Part shown: positions 28,328 to 38,588 of the stretch, in pieces
Numbering within the stretch: the first letter of the stretch is position 1
How the letters are laid out: each line of letters starts with the position of its first letter
Origin: Methanothrix sp.
GTDB taxonomy: Archaea > Halobacteriota > Methanosarcinia > Methanotrichales > Methanotrichaceae
Length of the DNA: 64,000 nt
Assembly (NCBI GenBank): GCA_963682135.1
Contig: OY821645.1
Span: 2,560,001 to 2,624,000, forward strand
Direction of reading: 5' to 3'
Notes under the pieces: model-generated
Databases searched by the model: none
Told to the model about the DNA's origin: nothing
The model's input: only the letters and a program-made list of their open reading frames with translations
Made by a program: the position numbers and the translations under genes

Positions 28328-29584
28328 TTGCATAAAAGCGTAGTCAAGGATCCAAGTCTCGCCGCAGAAGGAGAAAAGCGCATTGAATGGGCGCGAAGGC
28401 ACATGCCCGTTTTAGAGAAGATCAAAGAGGAGTTCGAGAGGGAAAAGCCTCTCAAAGGTGCGCGCATTGTGGCCTGCCTGCATGTCACAGTGGAGACGGC
28501 CAACCTCATCACCACCCTCGTGGCCGGCGGGGCCGAGGTGGCGGTCACCGGCTCCAATCCCCTCTCGACACAGGATGAGGTGGCTGCGGCCTTAGCGGCG
28601 CGGGGCCTTTATGTCTATGCCTTCCGGGGCGAGAACGAGCAGGAGTACTACGACTGCATCAAGAAAGCCCTGGACCTGCGGCCCAACGTCAGTCTGGACG
28701 ACGGCGCCGATACCATCGCCATCATCCACAAGGAGCAGCCTGAGCTTGCCGCGCAGATGTTCGGCGGCTGCGAGGAGACCACCACCGGTGTCGTGCGGCT
28801 GCGGGCCATGGCAGAAGACAATGCCCTGCTCTATCCGGTCATCGCCGTCAACGATGCCGAGACCAAGATGATGTTTGATAACCGCTACGGCACCGGCCAG
28901 AGCACTCTGCACGGCATCATGCAGGCCACCAACTTCTTGTTCGCTGGAAAGACGGTGGTCGTGGCCGGCTACGGCTGGTGCGGCCGGGGATTTGCCATGC
29001 GCGCCCGTGGCCTGGGAGCAAATGTTATCGTAGTTGAGATCGAGCCGAGAAAAGCCCTGGAGGCAGCCATGGACGGCTATGGCGTCATGCCCATGCACAA
29101 GGCCGCGCCGCTGGGAGATCTCTTTGTCACGCTCACCGGCGACATAAACGTGATTCGAGCGGAGCACTTCTCCCAGATGAAGGACCAGGCAGTCCTTGCC
29201 AACAGCGGCCACTTCAATGTGGAGATCGACATCCCAGCTCTGGAAAAGATGGCCGCGGAAAAAGCAGAGGTGCAAAACAATGTCACCGAGTACAAACTGC
29301 CCGATGGGCGCCGGCTTTACCTGCTGGCAGAAGGCCGGCTGATCAATCTGGCTGCTGCTTACGGCCATCCACCAGAGGTCATGGATATGTCCTTTGCCAA
29401 TCAGGCGTTGGCAGTGCGCTACATAGTGGAGCACGGCAGAAAGCTGGAGAAAAAGGTCTATGCCGTACCCGTGGAGATCGATCGCAGGGTAGCACAGCTC
29501 AAGCTGGCCTCCATGGGTCTGGAGACGGAAAAGCTTACCGCGGAGCAGGACAAATATCTGCATAGCTGGCAAATGGGAACTTAA
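28328..29584 (+). CDS. ahcY: S-adenosylhomocysteine hydrolase
   Basis: [36 protein letters not shown] and [11 protein letters not shown]. Confidence 0.96.
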   Translation: MHKSVVKDPSLAAEGEKRIEWARRHMPVLEKIKEEFEREKPLKGARIVACLHVTVETANLITTLVAGGAEVAVTGSNPLSTQDEVAAALAARGLYVYAFRGENEQEYYDCIKKALDLRPNVSLDDGADTIAIIHKEQPELAAQMFGGCEETTTGVVRLRAMAEDNALLYPVIAVNDAETKMMFDNRYGTGQSTLHGIMQATNFLFAGKTVVVAGYGWCGRGFAMRARGLGANVIVVEIEPRKALEAAMDGYGVMPMHKAAPLGDLFVTLTGDINVIRAEHFSQMKDQAVLANSGHFNVEIDIPALEKMAAEKAEVQNNVTEYKLPDGRRLYLLAEGRLINLAAAYGHPPEVMDMSFANQALAVRYIVEHGRKLEKKVYAVPVEIDRRVAQLKLASMGLETEKLTAEQDKYLHSWQMGT

Positions 29585-29605
29585 AAGGATAAAATAAGGA
29601 GTGTC

Positions 29606-30697
29606 TTGGCCTTGGATCTAAAAAGAGGTAACCTGGAAGCATATCTGCAGAGCCTTTACGGGCGGGATTTATCGCTCCTCAGCACTCGCAAGATGGGTGA
29701 GACCATAGCTACCACTGAGGACGTGAAAGGATTCGGATACGGATCGCCTCTGCTGGCGGAGTACGAGATAAAAGGAAAGAAAGGCTCAGCCGTGCTCTCC
29801 TCCATGCGCGTGCAGCATGGCTTTGGCCACGACCACTTCTCCGACCGGGCAGGGATTATGATCTGGCAGAATTCAACCTTTGCCAGCCTCCCCAAACACG
29901 TTCCATCTCTCGATGTGGGATATTTCACGGAAAAAGGCAAACTGGTCTCGGCGGGAGACGCTCGCGAATACTTCCTGCTCATGGAGAAGATTGAGGGAAA
30001 AGAGTACTTCTTTGACCTGGAGCGAGTGAAAGAGCAGGGCGCAACCGACTTGGACTTTGAGCGGGTCATGGCGCTCTCCAATTACCTGGCAGAGATTCAT
30101 GCCGTCAAGAACGACTGCCCTCCCCTCTATCAGCGCAAGATCCGGGAGACGGTGGGAAGCGGTGAGTGCATCTTCGGCATCCTGGACGACTATCCGGATA
30201 GTCCGAGCTTCCTCGACCCGGATGAGCTGCAAGATATCGAGAAGATCTGCGTAGAGTGGCGCTGGATGCTGCGCAGTAAAGCCAGCCGGCTCTGCCAGGT
30301 GCATGGCGACTTCCACCCCTGGAATATAATGTTTCGGGAGGGCGCAGACTTCTCTGTGCTGGACAGAAGCCGGGGAGAGTGGGGCGAGGCTGCGGATGAT
30401 ATCACCGCTCTTGCCATGAACTACATATTCTATTCCGTGCAAAAGAGCTTGCGCCTGACTGGAGACCTGAAAGATCTCTTCGAATTGTTCTTCGAAAACT
30501 ACCTGGAAAAGACGGGTGACGAAGAGCTGCTGGAGGTCATCGCGCCATTCTTTGCCTTCCGGGCAGTGGTTGTAGCCAGCCCCACATGGTATCCGCTGCT
30601 TTCCGATGACGTGAGACGAGCGCTCTTTAATTTCCTGGAGAACGTCCTGGGCTCCAAGAAGTTCAATTACAGGGATGTGAACAGCTACCTGGACTGA
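29606..30697 (+). CDS. APH/choline-kinase-like phosphotransferase
   Basis: Brenner motif HGDFHPWNI followed by LDRS. Confidence 0.8.
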   Translation: MALDLKRGNLEAYLQSLYGRDLSLLSTRKMGETIATTEDVKGFGYGSPLLAEYEIKGKKGSAVLSSMRVQHGFGHDHFSDRAGIMIWQNSTFASLPKHVPSLDVGYFTEKGKLVSAGDAREYFLLMEKIEGKEYFFDLERVKEQGATDLDFERVMALSNYLAEIHAVKNDCPPLYQRKIRETVGSGECIFGILDDYPDSPSFLDPDELQDIEKICVEWRWMLRSKASRLCQVHGDFHPWNIMFREGADFSVLDRSRGEWGEAADDITALAMNYIFYSVQKSLRLTGDLKDLFELFFENYLEKTGDEELLEVIAPFFAFRAVVVASPTWYPLLSDDVRRALFNFLENVLGSKKFNYRDVNSYLD

Positions 30698-30701
30698 AAG
30701 G

Positions 30702-31700
30702 ATGAAGACTTATGCCTTTGAGCTGTCTGGTGAGCATGAAACCCTGCCAAGAAGCGAGGCTCTCGCCCTGGTGGAGATCAACTCCACCCGTTTTTCACAG
30801 GTCGCCTTTCTGGACCAGTGCCTGATAGTGGAGGCGGAAGACCTCGATGTGCAAATGGTGGCCAGTCGTCTGGCCATGACCCATCGCATCATAGAGGTGC
30901 TGGCGATCTGCGACGCAAACCTGGAGGCACTTGGGAGGGCTGTAAGCCAACTGGTGCTGCCCCATGAAAGATATCTGGTCAGAGCCCGGCGCATCAAGGA
31001 TGCTGCTCCAGCGGCTGATGCCGTAGAGCGCGAGGTGGGGCGCATCCTTTTTCAAAGAGGCTATAAAGCGGACCTGAAAAGGCCGGAGATGGTTCTGCGA
31101 GCCGTCATCACCTCCGCAAGAATCGTATTGGGGCGCGAGGCTGCCGGATGTGATAGAAGTTCCTTTGAGGCACGCCGGCCTCACCTCAAGCCTTTTTTCC
31201 ATCCCGGTGTGCTTATGCCGCGCATGGCCCGCTCGCTCATCAACCTCACCCAGGCTCAAGCGGGCGAGATGCTGCTCGATCCCTTTGCCGGAACTTGCGG
31301 CATCCTGATCGAAGCCTGCTTGATCGGCATACAGGGGCTGGGCATAGAGGTTCAGGCCCGCCTGGTCAAGGGTGCTCTATGCAATTTGCAGTCGCTGGAC
31401 TGCTCTCTTTTATTAGGGGACGCTAAGTGCTTGCCATTGCAAGACTCATCCATCGATGCTGCTGTTCTGGATATACCCTACGGAAGGTCTGCCAAGATTC
31501 TGGCAAAGTCAAAAGATTTCCTCTTGCAGGAAAGTCTAAGGGAACTCTTCCGGGTAATCAAGCGTGGACGACGCATGGTAATCGTGGCGGACAGCTCGAT
31601 TGACGGCGTGCTCGCGAATGCCGGCTTCGAGATAATGCAAAAGCATACAGACCGCGTGCATGGAAGCCTGACGCGACAAATATTCCTCTGTCGCAGATGA
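30702..31700 (+). CDS. tRNA (guanine10-N2)-dimethyltransferase (Trm11/TrmG10, THUMP domain)
   Basis: ELSGEH, RRPHLKPFFHPG, LDPFAGTCG and DIPYGR. Confidence 0.88.
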   Translation: MKTYAFELSGEHETLPRSEALALVEINSTRFSQVAFLDQCLIVEAEDLDVQMVASRLAMTHRIIEVLAICDANLEALGRAVSQLVLPHERYLVRARRIKDAAPAADAVEREVGRILFQRGYKADLKRPEMVLRAVITSARIVLGREAAGCDRSSFEARRPHLKPFFHPGVLMPRMARSLINLTQAQAGEMLLDPFAGTCGILIEACLIGIQGLGIEVQARLVKGALCNLQSLDCSLLLGDAKCLPLQDSSIDAAVLDIPYGRSAKILAKSKDFLLQESLRELFRVIKRGRRMVIVADSSIDGVLANAGFEIMQKHTDRVHGSLTRQIFLCRR

Positions 31701-31729
31701 TGCTAAAATGGTGATGAAAAGAGGCTTCT

Positions 31730-32326
31730 CTAGGCCTCTGCTGCCTCATAGTCGGTATCGATGGTGTCCTGTAGGCCATCCTCGGTATGGGCTGTAACCA
31801 TGCGCTCGGAGACGTCCTGATCGGAGAGTATCTCCAAGAAACGCTTTGTATATCCATCCCTCTCCGATGCTTTCTGGCTGTCGAAGATATTCCTGTACTC
31901 TGATATGGTAGAGGGAGCTACTCTCAGAATTCCGGCCATCTCTTTTACGGATTTGCTGGCCTGCGTTAGGCGGAGAAAATCATCCTTGTCGAAAGGAGGC
32001 TTCAAATCCGTCTCCCTGAATAAGTGGAGCTTGATTCGGGCTCTGCTAACGGTTTTGTTGAGGGCTCGATCGCCCAATTGCTCTGCGATCTCAGTATCAC
32101 TTAGTCTCTTGTAAAATAGCCTGACAACTGACGATAACTGTTCAGCAGTCAGCTTTGTCTGTATGCCGTATTGTTTTATCATCTCCTGGACCACATTCAA
32201 TAAAGCGCGTTCAATCTCGCCGCTTCCCCGGAGACTACCATGACGGGTGGCCTGCTTCTCCACGACCTTGGTTGAGGCACCAATCTTCATAACGAGGTCC
32301 CGAAGCTCATCAGTCCTGCCACTCAT
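31730..32326 (-). CDS. Conserved HTH-containing protein resembling haloarchaeal conditioned medium-induced protein 4
   Basis: TDELRD..., FY..LSD.EIA, RARIKLHL, PFD and EDGL motifs, recalled from that family. Confidence 0.6.
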   Translation of the reverse strand: MSGRTDELRDLVMKIGASTKVVEKQATRHGSLRGSGEIERALLNVVQEMIKQYGIQTKLTAEQLSSVVRLFYKRLSDTEIAEQLGDRALNKTVSRARIKLHLFRETDLKPPFDKDDFLRLTQASKSVKEMAGILRVAPSTISEYRNIFDSQKASERDGYTKRFLEILSDQDVSERMVTAHTEDGLQDTIDTDYEAAEA

Positions 32327-32427
32327 TTTAGATACTCACCCCTTGGGAACTCCCTTGTTTATAGTATAAAGAGATTTCCATTGTATTACAAACCTTTTTA
32401 TACACGAGGTTCGTCTAAGAAGGCGGA

Positions 32428-32883
32428 ATGTCCGAGACCAGCATATATGTTGTGAAGACCACTGCAAATCAGGAACGATCGGTGGCCAACATGATCGCCC
32501 AGATAGCGCGCAAGGAAAAGTATGATATAAGGGCACTGCTGGTACCTGATGTGCTGAAAGGCTACGTTCTTGTGGAATCACCAGCTCCGGAGATCGTAGA
32601 TCAGGCTATTCAAGGAATACCCCACGCACGCTCTGTGATAAAAGGTGCCTCAAATATCGGAGAGGTTGAACACTTTCTCTCCCCCAAGCCGGCCGTAATC
32701 GGAATTAATGAAGGAGCCATTATCGAACTCATATCCGGACCATTCAAGGGGGAGAAGGCAAGAGTCAAACGCGTGGACGTTGCCAAGGAAGAGATTACTT
32801 TGGAACTCTTTGAAGCAATGGTGCCTATCCCCATCACGGTGCGGGGAGATCACGTACGCGTGCTCAGTAAAGATGGAACTTAA
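32428..32883 (+). CDS. spt5: Transcription elongation factor Spt5
   Basis: [16 protein letters not shown] and KOW motif ISGPFKGE. Confidence 0.95.
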   Translation: MSETSIYVVKTTANQERSVANMIAQIARKEKYDIRALLVPDVLKGYVLVESPAPEIVDQAIQGIPHARSVIKGASNIGEVEHFLSPKPAVIGINEGAIIELISGPFKGEKARVKRVDVAKEEITLELFEAMVPIPITVRGDHVRVLSKDGT

Positions 32884-32904
32884 TAAATTTTGAGGTGACA
32901 AGTA

Positions 32905-33381
32905 TTGGCTAATGTCGTAGAAGCATTGGTCCCTGGCGGAAAGGCCAGCGCGGGACCACCTTTGGGCCCGGCCCTGGGACCTCTGGGTGTAAATGTAGCC
33001 CAGGTGGTTGCCAAGATCAATGAACAGACCAAAGATCTCAATGGAATGCAAGTTCCCGTCAAAGTCATAGTAAAGTCCAGAACCGAATTTGAAATTGAAG
33101 TCGGAACGCCTCCCACCTCTGCCCTGATCATCAAAGAGATGGGTATTGAGAAAGGCACTGGAGACAGAAACACCGTCGGGAATATTACTATGGAGCAGGT
33201 TCTCAAGATTGCAAACATCAAGAGAAAAGGCCTTCTCTCCAAAACCCTGAAGAACGCAGCCAGCGAGGTTATTGGCACGGCTGGGTCTGTAGGCGCGACC
33301 ATTGACGGTATGCAAAGCAAAGAGGCTCAACTGGCTGTGGCCAGCGGCAAATACGATGAGTTATTAGAAGCGAAGGCTTGA
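32905..33381 (+). CDS. rpl11: 50S ribosomal protein L11
   Basis: GGKASAGPPLGPALGPLG and GTPPTSALI. Confidence 0.97.
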   Translation: MANVVEALVPGGKASAGPPLGPALGPLGVNVAQVVAKINEQTKDLNGMQVPVKVIVKSRTEFEIEVGTPPTSALIIKEMGIEKGTGDRNTVGNITMEQVLKIANIKRKGLLSKTLKNAASEVIGTAGSVGATIDGMQSKEAQLAVASGKYDELLEAKA

Positions 33382-33425
33382 AATATAAAGTTATTATCTG
33401 TTTGCTAATTCTCTTTTTTGAGAAG

Positions 33426-33460
33426 CCGTAGAAGACCAATAGTGTCGAAGACTACGGAGG
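33426..33460 (+). promoter_or_regulatory. Candidate L1-binding autoregulatory RNA element overlapping the rpl1 SD
   Basis: CCGUAG-AA-GAC-loop-GUC-GAAGA-CUACGG stem with an asymmetric purine loop. The 3' arm overlaps GGAGG. Confidence 0.55.
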
Positions 33461-33466
33461 ATTGAA

Positions 33467-34099
33467 ATGGATATAGAAGAAGCCGTTAAACAGGCGATCA
33501 CTGAGGCACCTGCCAGAAAGTTCAGCGAGAGCGTGGATCTGGCTATTAACCTCCATAACATCGATCTGGCCCAACCGGGAAACAGAGTCGATGTTGAGGT
33601 TATCCTACCCCACGGACTTGGCAAACCGACCAAGATTGCTGTATTTGCTGCAGGAGAAACTGGCCTCCGAGCCAAGAGCGCCGGCGCAGACCGGGTTATA
33701 TCTGCTGACGAGATCAAAGAGCTCGCCGGCGATAAGAGAGCTGTGCGCAAACTGGCAGAGGAGTACAAGTTCTTCATAGCAGAGACTCAGTTCATGCCCG
33801 TCATAGGTAAGAGCCTTGGTTCCATTCTCGGCAAGAGGGGCAAAATGCCCACACCTCTGCCGCCTACACAGGATGTAACCCCCCAGGTACAGAGGCTCAA
33901 AAACCTGATCAAGATCAGGTCCAGGGATAAACCGACCTTCCACCTGACTGTTGGGAACAGAAATATGAACACTAAAGAGCTGGCCGAAAACATTGAAGCG
34001 GTCGTCGTCAAGCTCGAGCAGACCCTCAAGGATGGTCGACATAACCTGAAGTCGGTTTACGTTAAGACCACCATGGGGCCTTCCATAAGGGTGATCTAA
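33467..34099 (+). CDS. rpl1: 50S ribosomal protein L1
   Basis: RKFSESVDL, LGKRGKMP and KTTMGP. Confidence 0.97.
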   Translation: MDIEEAVKQAITEAPARKFSESVDLAINLHNIDLAQPGNRVDVEVILPHGLGKPTKIAVFAAGETGLRAKSAGADRVISADEIKELAGDKRAVRKLAEEYKFFIAETQFMPVIGKSLGSILGKRGKMPTPLPPTQDVTPQVQRLKNLIKIRSRDKPTFHLTVGNRNMNTKELAENIEAVVVKLEQTLKDGRHNLKSVYVKTTMGPSIRVI

Positions 34100-35071
34100 A
34101 TGGCAGCAGAGATTCGTCACACTGCCCACATACCTGAATGGAAGGTTAAGGATGTTGAAGAGCTTGTCGAAATGATCAAAAAGAGCCGCGTTGTCGGCAT
34201 TGTTGGTGTCCGGGAGATACCAGCCGATAATTTGCAGCAGATGCGAGGCAGTCTCAGAGGCAATGTCGAGATAAGAATGGTGAGGAACACCATCGCTCGT
34301 CGCGCCCTGGAAGCCAGCGTCCCGGAGATCAGGCAGCTAGCTGATTTCATTGAAGATCAGACTGCTTTGCTCTTTAGCAATGACAACCCCTTCAAGCTGA
34401 ATGCTCTCTTGGAGAAGGGCAAACAGCCCATGCCCATCAAGGCCGGTGCACGTGCCCCCAAAGACATAGTGATTGAGGCCGGGGTGACATCCTTCTCGCC
34501 GGGACCCATGGTCGGCAAGCTTCAAGCAGCCGGCATCCCAGCAGCCATTAAGAGTGGAAAGGTAGTCATCAACCAGAATATCACTTTAGCCAAAGAGGGA
34601 GAGGTCGTTTCTGCCAAGACCGCGGACATTTTGAAGACCATGGAGATCTTCCCCAGAAACGTAGGCCTGGAACTGCGAGCGGCCTATGAGGGTGGCTTGA
34701 TCTTTAAAGTCAAGGATCTTTCCATCAATGTGGATGCACAGATCTCTGAGTTGTCCCTGGCTTCTGCCAAAGCCTTCAACTTTGCGGTTAAGATTGGCTA
34801 TGCTACGCCGCAGACCATCGGACCCATGCTGCAAAAGGCCCAGACTGAGGCCAGAGCCCTGGTACTGGATGCGGGAATACCCGTGCCCGGCATGATGGAG
34901 ATGCTCCTCGCCAAGGCAGCCGCCAATGCCAAAGCTTTGGACCGTCTGGCCAGTGGAGAAGCAGCTCCTACAGCTGCCCCTGTCGCGGCTCCGGTCAAGG
35001 TCGAGGAAGAGAAAGAAGAGAAAAAGGATGAAGAAGACACCGCTGCGGGAATGGGTGCTCTCTTCGGATAA
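34100..35071 (+). CDS. rpl10: 50S ribosomal protein L10 (P0)
   Basis: HIPEWK, NPFKL, TSFSPGP and acidic tail ending GMGALFG. Confidence 0.97.
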   Translation: MAAEIRHTAHIPEWKVKDVEELVEMIKKSRVVGIVGVREIPADNLQQMRGSLRGNVEIRMVRNTIARRALEASVPEIRQLADFIEDQTALLFSNDNPFKLNALLEKGKQPMPIKAGARAPKDIVIEAGVTSFSPGPMVGKLQAAGIPAAIKSGKVVINQNITLAKEGEVVSAKTADILKTMEIFPRNVGLELRAAYEGGLIFKVKDLSINVDAQISELSLASAKAFNFAVKIGYATPQTIGPMLQKAQTEARALVLDAGIPVPGMMEMLLAKAAANAKALDRLASGEAAPTAAPVAAPVKVEEEKEEKKDEEDTAAGMGALFG

Positions 35072-35105
35072 ATTTGATTAAAGGTAAATTCGAGGTAGAT
35101 TCAAA

Positions 35106-35417
35106 ATGGAATATGTATACGCTGCATTACTGCTTCACAGCGCAGGCAAAGACGTTAACGAGGATGGAATTAAGAAGGTCGTCGAGGCATCCGGTGCCGC
35201 CGTAGACGATGTCAGAATCAAGGCCCTGGTAGCCGCTTTGGAAGGCGTTGACATCGCAACAGTCCTTTCCCAGGCAGCCGCAGTGCCCGTAGCCGCCGCA
35301 GCCCCAGTCGCTGCCGCACCTGCCGCCAAGGGCGCAGCCAAGGCAGAAGAGCCGGAAGAGGATAAGGAAGCAGCAGAGGAGAGCGGAGTAGAGGGCTTGG
35401 GCGCCCTTTTCGGCTGA
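35106..35417 (+). CDS. rpl12: 50S ribosomal protein L12 (P1)
   Basis: [11 protein letters not shown], Ala-rich hinge, GLGALFG. Confidence 0.97.
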   Translation: MEYVYAALLLHSAGKDVNEDGIKKVVEASGAAVDDVRIKALVAALEGVDIATVLSQAAAVPVAAAAPVAAAPAAKGAAKAEEPEEDKEAAEESGVEGLGALFG

Positions 35418-35548
35418 AGTAATCTTCAGCCGTTCCTTTCATTTTTAAGTAAATCTTCTAATAATAGTATTAGTAATTTTTCATATTATCACTTCCCAGC
35501 ACATTCCCATAGAATGGTTTTTTATTCATGATACCGTTTCCATCTATT

Positions 35549-36136
35549 ATGGCATGGGTCATGTGGTTCACAGGCCTTCCAGGCTGCGGGAAGACCACTA
35601 TTGCAGATAAAGTGTCGACGATTCTATCCGAAAAGGGAGTTCGCGCCAGGATTTTGCAGCTGGATGAGATCAGAAGGGCGATAACTCCACAGCCCAAGTA
35701 TACAGAAGAAGAAAGAGATATCGTTTATGCCAGCCTGGCCTACATGGGCAAGCTCTTGGCTGATGAGGGAGTAAATGTCATCATAGATGCGACTGCCAAT
35801 AGACGCCGGTATCGTGATTTTGCCCGCCGTCTGATCCCCAATTTTGCCGAGGTCTTTATCCGGGCGCCTCTCTGCGTCTGCATAGAGCGGGAAGCGAAGC
35901 GCAAGGCAAAGTTCTCGCCCAAGGATATCTACAAGAAAGCGGCAGGCGAGAAGGCGGCCGTGCCGGGAGTAAATGTAGCCTATGAAGAACCGCTCTCTCC
36001 TGAGATTGAAGTAGATACTACGAGCATGGACCTGGGAGAGAGTGCCGGGTATATTGCCGACAAAATTCTAAACCTCAGCGATATGAGCAGAAAGGCTGCC
36101 AGATCCTGGGAGGGGGGACTATCCCGGAAAGATTAA
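35549..36136 (+). CDS. Adenylyl-sulfate kinase-like P-loop kinase
   Basis: WFTGLPGCGKTT, IIDAT and VPGVNVAYEEP. Confidence 0.78.
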   Translation: MAWVMWFTGLPGCGKTTIADKVSTILSEKGVRARILQLDEIRRAITPQPKYTEEERDIVYASLAYMGKLLADEGVNVIIDATANRRRYRDFARRLIPNFAEVFIRAPLCVCIEREAKRKAKFSPKDIYKKAAGEKAAVPGVNVAYEEPLSPEIEVDTTSMDLGESAGYIADKILNLSDMSRKAARSWEGGLSRKD

Positions 36137-36176
36137 AATATAGTCACTTAGACTCCCATTCAGGAAGTGAAGAAGC

Positions 36177-37331
36177 TTGAAGTGCAATGCTGGTTTTGTG
36201 GGTTTTGATGGAACAGAGAATAAGCGAACTCTTTTGGCTTTGGCGCAGGTAAAGAAGGCCGCCGGAATCGAGGGCGACCTGAATGTCCTGCTCAGAAAGC
36301 CCCATGGTCGGGCCTTGTCCATTGTATCCAAGTTCAATCGGATGTTTGGCGTAAAGGCATATGTCAGCGAGGCTGCAAATAAAGAGAAGTGGGAGAAGGC
36401 AGGAGTCAAGATTGAAGGCGGCTATGACGACTTCTTTGCGGCATCAGATTTTCTGATGGTGGGCGCTCCGGGCGATGAGGAGCTTCCTTACGTTGAGGCA
36501 GGCCTCTCACACGGCTGCTTTGTCTCACTCATGGGTGGTGCTGATCGGCCTGAGCTTCTCAAGGGTTTGACAGAGAGCGGAAAGGTCAAGATCACCGAAG
36601 AGCTGAAGGCGGACTTTGCCCGCGAGTTCTTCTTTGGTCTGGAGAACTACGAGATGTTCCAGAAGGCCAAGCCCAGACTGGTGCAATGTACCAGCTGCAA
36701 CACTACCGGCCTTTCCCGGTTGGCTCTGGCCGCGCGACCCCTGGGCCTGACTGCCGTCTTAGGCAATATCGACCGTCGCCACGGCGATCCGCATACCGTG
36801 GTCAAAGCCTCTCCCAGCGCCATTCAATTCGGCAAGGGCGCAGGGCATCAGGGTACGGACGCAGGAACCGTCTTCGAAGAGGTAAAGTTCGCTGTGCGCG
36901 CCAGCAAAGTGCCCACAACTGTGCCCCACACCAACTTCTTGAATCTGGTCTTCAAGGGAGATGTTACCCCAGCGCAACTGGTAGAGCAGCTGGCCAAGAC
37001 CCGTGAGGTCGTGGTCATGCCCTATCAGGACGAAGGCAAGAAGCATGATTGGACGAGCGAAATCCTGGAGGCCTATCTCTCCGCAGTTGAGAGACCCATC
37101 AGCCCTGAGATCTTCGAGCTGATAGTCTCCGACGCCATCATTGCTTTCAAACTGGGAGACAACACCATTCTGCAGACGGTATCCATGGTGGAGCAGATGT
37201 CCATTGCCGTACCCAACCACGTTGAGTCCTACCTGCTCTTTGCAGGCTATCCGGCATCTGATGTGCACAGCCTGGTGGACAAAGCCCTGGGCGTCATGCA
37301 CGGCATCTGGCCGAACAAGCTCGCCTGCTGA
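36177..37331 (+). CDS. Divergent archaeal type II GAPDH-family dehydrogenase
   Basis: Catalytic SCNTTGL, RR..DP, HQG.D, KVPTT and QMSIAVP.N. The Rossmann motif is atypical. Confidence 0.72.
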   Translation: MKCNAGFVGFDGTENKRTLLALAQVKKAAGIEGDLNVLLRKPHGRALSIVSKFNRMFGVKAYVSEAANKEKWEKAGVKIEGGYDDFFAASDFLMVGAPGDEELPYVEAGLSHGCFVSLMGGADRPELLKGLTESGKVKITEELKADFAREFFFGLENYEMFQKAKPRLVQCTSCNTTGLSRLALAARPLGLTAVLGNIDRRHGDPHTVVKASPSAIQFGKGAGHQGTDAGTVFEEVKFAVRASKVPTTVPHTNFLNLVFKGDVTPAQLVEQLAKTREVVVMPYQDEGKKHDWTSEILEAYLSAVERPISPEIFELIVSDAIIAFKLGDNTILQTVSMVEQMSIAVPNHVESYLLFAGYPASDVHSLVDKALGVMHGIWPNKLAC

Positions 37332-38383
37332 TGTCCGAAGAAATAATCGGCCGGCTTATCGGCGATAAGATCAGTCTGGGCCAGGAAGCCCTTTCTGATC
37401 TTTATGAGCAGGGCTACTTCGGCAGGCCAAAGGGAAAAGGCCTGGAACTCTCCCTGGTGGAAGCAGCCTATCTCCTGGACCGCACCCGGATCAGGGTGCT
37501 TTCCGGGGAAAAAGATCTGGACTTTCGGGCCTTGTTCCAGGCAGCATCATCTCTGGAAAAGGGTTTTGAGTTTCGCTATGTGGTCTACAAAGACCTGCGA
37601 GAGCGCGGCTACTATGTGCAGCCCGGTCGCCCTGATTTTCGTGTTTATCCCCGGGGAGGCCACCCGGGAAAGAGCCCGGCTGAGTTTTATGTTCTCGTCA
37701 TCTCTGAGCGCATGCCTCTTCCCCTGCAAGAGATAATGCAATCGGTGAGGCTTACGGCCCAAATGAGAAAGAAACTGATGCTGGCCATAGTCGATGAGGA
37801 GAGCGACATCACCTTTTACGAGGCAAGGGAGAAGGTTATGTCCGGGCTGATGGCTGAAGTGGAGGGAGGCGGCATGGCCACGCTCCTGGAGGACCGCGTG
37901 GTTCTCTGGAATCCGGAAGCATCCAAAAGGCTGCATGAAGGCGGATTTTACGGCAAGCCCGTTGGTGAGCGCCTTCAGCTCTCCCTGGTCGAGTCGGCTT
38001 ATCTGCTGGACCGAGGGATGATCTCCCTGGTCGATCGTGCCGGCGAAGCCATGGACCAAAAAGACTTCGCGGCCAAAGCAAAGCTGATAGAGAGCGACTT
38101 CGATCTGAAATTCAGCGTTTATAAAGATCTGCGAGATAAGAGCCTGGTGGTGAAGACCGGCTTCAAGTTCGGCACGCACTTTAGGGTCTACAAGCAGGTA
38201 AAGGGGCCCGGAAAGGTGCCCCACTCCGAGTACCTGGTGCATACCGTGTCCGTTGACCACGTCTTCTTGCCTCCCGTGCTTTCCCGTGCCGTGCGTCTGG
38301 CCCATTCGGTGCGCAAGCTTATGATCTTCGCTTATCTCGGTGATGAAGTGCGCTACCTGGAGATAAAGAGGCTCAAGCCCTAA
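37331..38383 (+). CDS. endA: tRNA-splicing endonuclease (alpha2 homodimeric type)
   Basis: Two repeats (LSLVEA.YL, VYKDLR), KTGFKFGTHFRVY, HSEYLV and RLAHSVRK. Confidence 0.95.
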   Translation: MSEEIIGRLIGDKISLGQEALSDLYEQGYFGRPKGKGLELSLVEAAYLLDRTRIRVLSGEKDLDFRALFQAASSLEKGFEFRYVVYKDLRERGYYVQPGRPDFRVYPRGGHPGKSPAEFYVLVISERMPLPLQEIMQSVRLTAQMRKKLMLAIVDEESDITFYEAREKVMSGLMAEVEGGGMATLLEDRVVLWNPEASKRLHEGGFYGKPVGERLQLSLVESAYLLDRGMISLVDRAGEAMDQKDFAAKAKLIESDFDLKFSVYKDLRDKSLVVKTGFKFGTHFRVYKQVKGPGKVPHSEYLVHTVSVDHVFLPPVLSRAVRLAHSVRKLMIFAYLGDEVRYLEIKRLKP

Positions 38384-38420
38384 AACTAAGTATTAATACT
38401 ACTTTGGTTTATGAGAAATT

Positions 38421-38588
38421 ATGCCGAAAATCGAGGTGGAGCTAAGTCCGGAATTGAGCGATCGGTTGATGAGCTTTGTAGTCAAGAGCAGGGGCTCCCT
38501 CTACGTGCAGCGTTCTGACGTTGTGATTGAAGCCATTAAGGAATACCTGGATAGAAATGAGCGCAAAGTGCGCCGAGCCAATGGCTAA
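38421..38588 (+). CDS. Small ribbon-helix-helix protein (55 aa)
   Basis: Not in the ORF track. MPKIEVELSPELSDRLMSFVVKSRGSLYVQRSDVVIEAIKEYLDRNE... fits an RHH pattern, with a TATA-like element upstream. Confidence 0.65.
   Translation: MPKIEVELSPELSDRLMSFVVKSRGSLYVQRSDVVIEAIKEYLDRNERKVRRANG

Noticed and set aside
28592-29572. Long antisense ORFs (also 47332-48477, 60150-61169, 37547-38305, 55231-55947)
   Set aside because: They are shadows of well-supported genes on the opposite strand in GC-rich coding DNA, with no motifs of their own.
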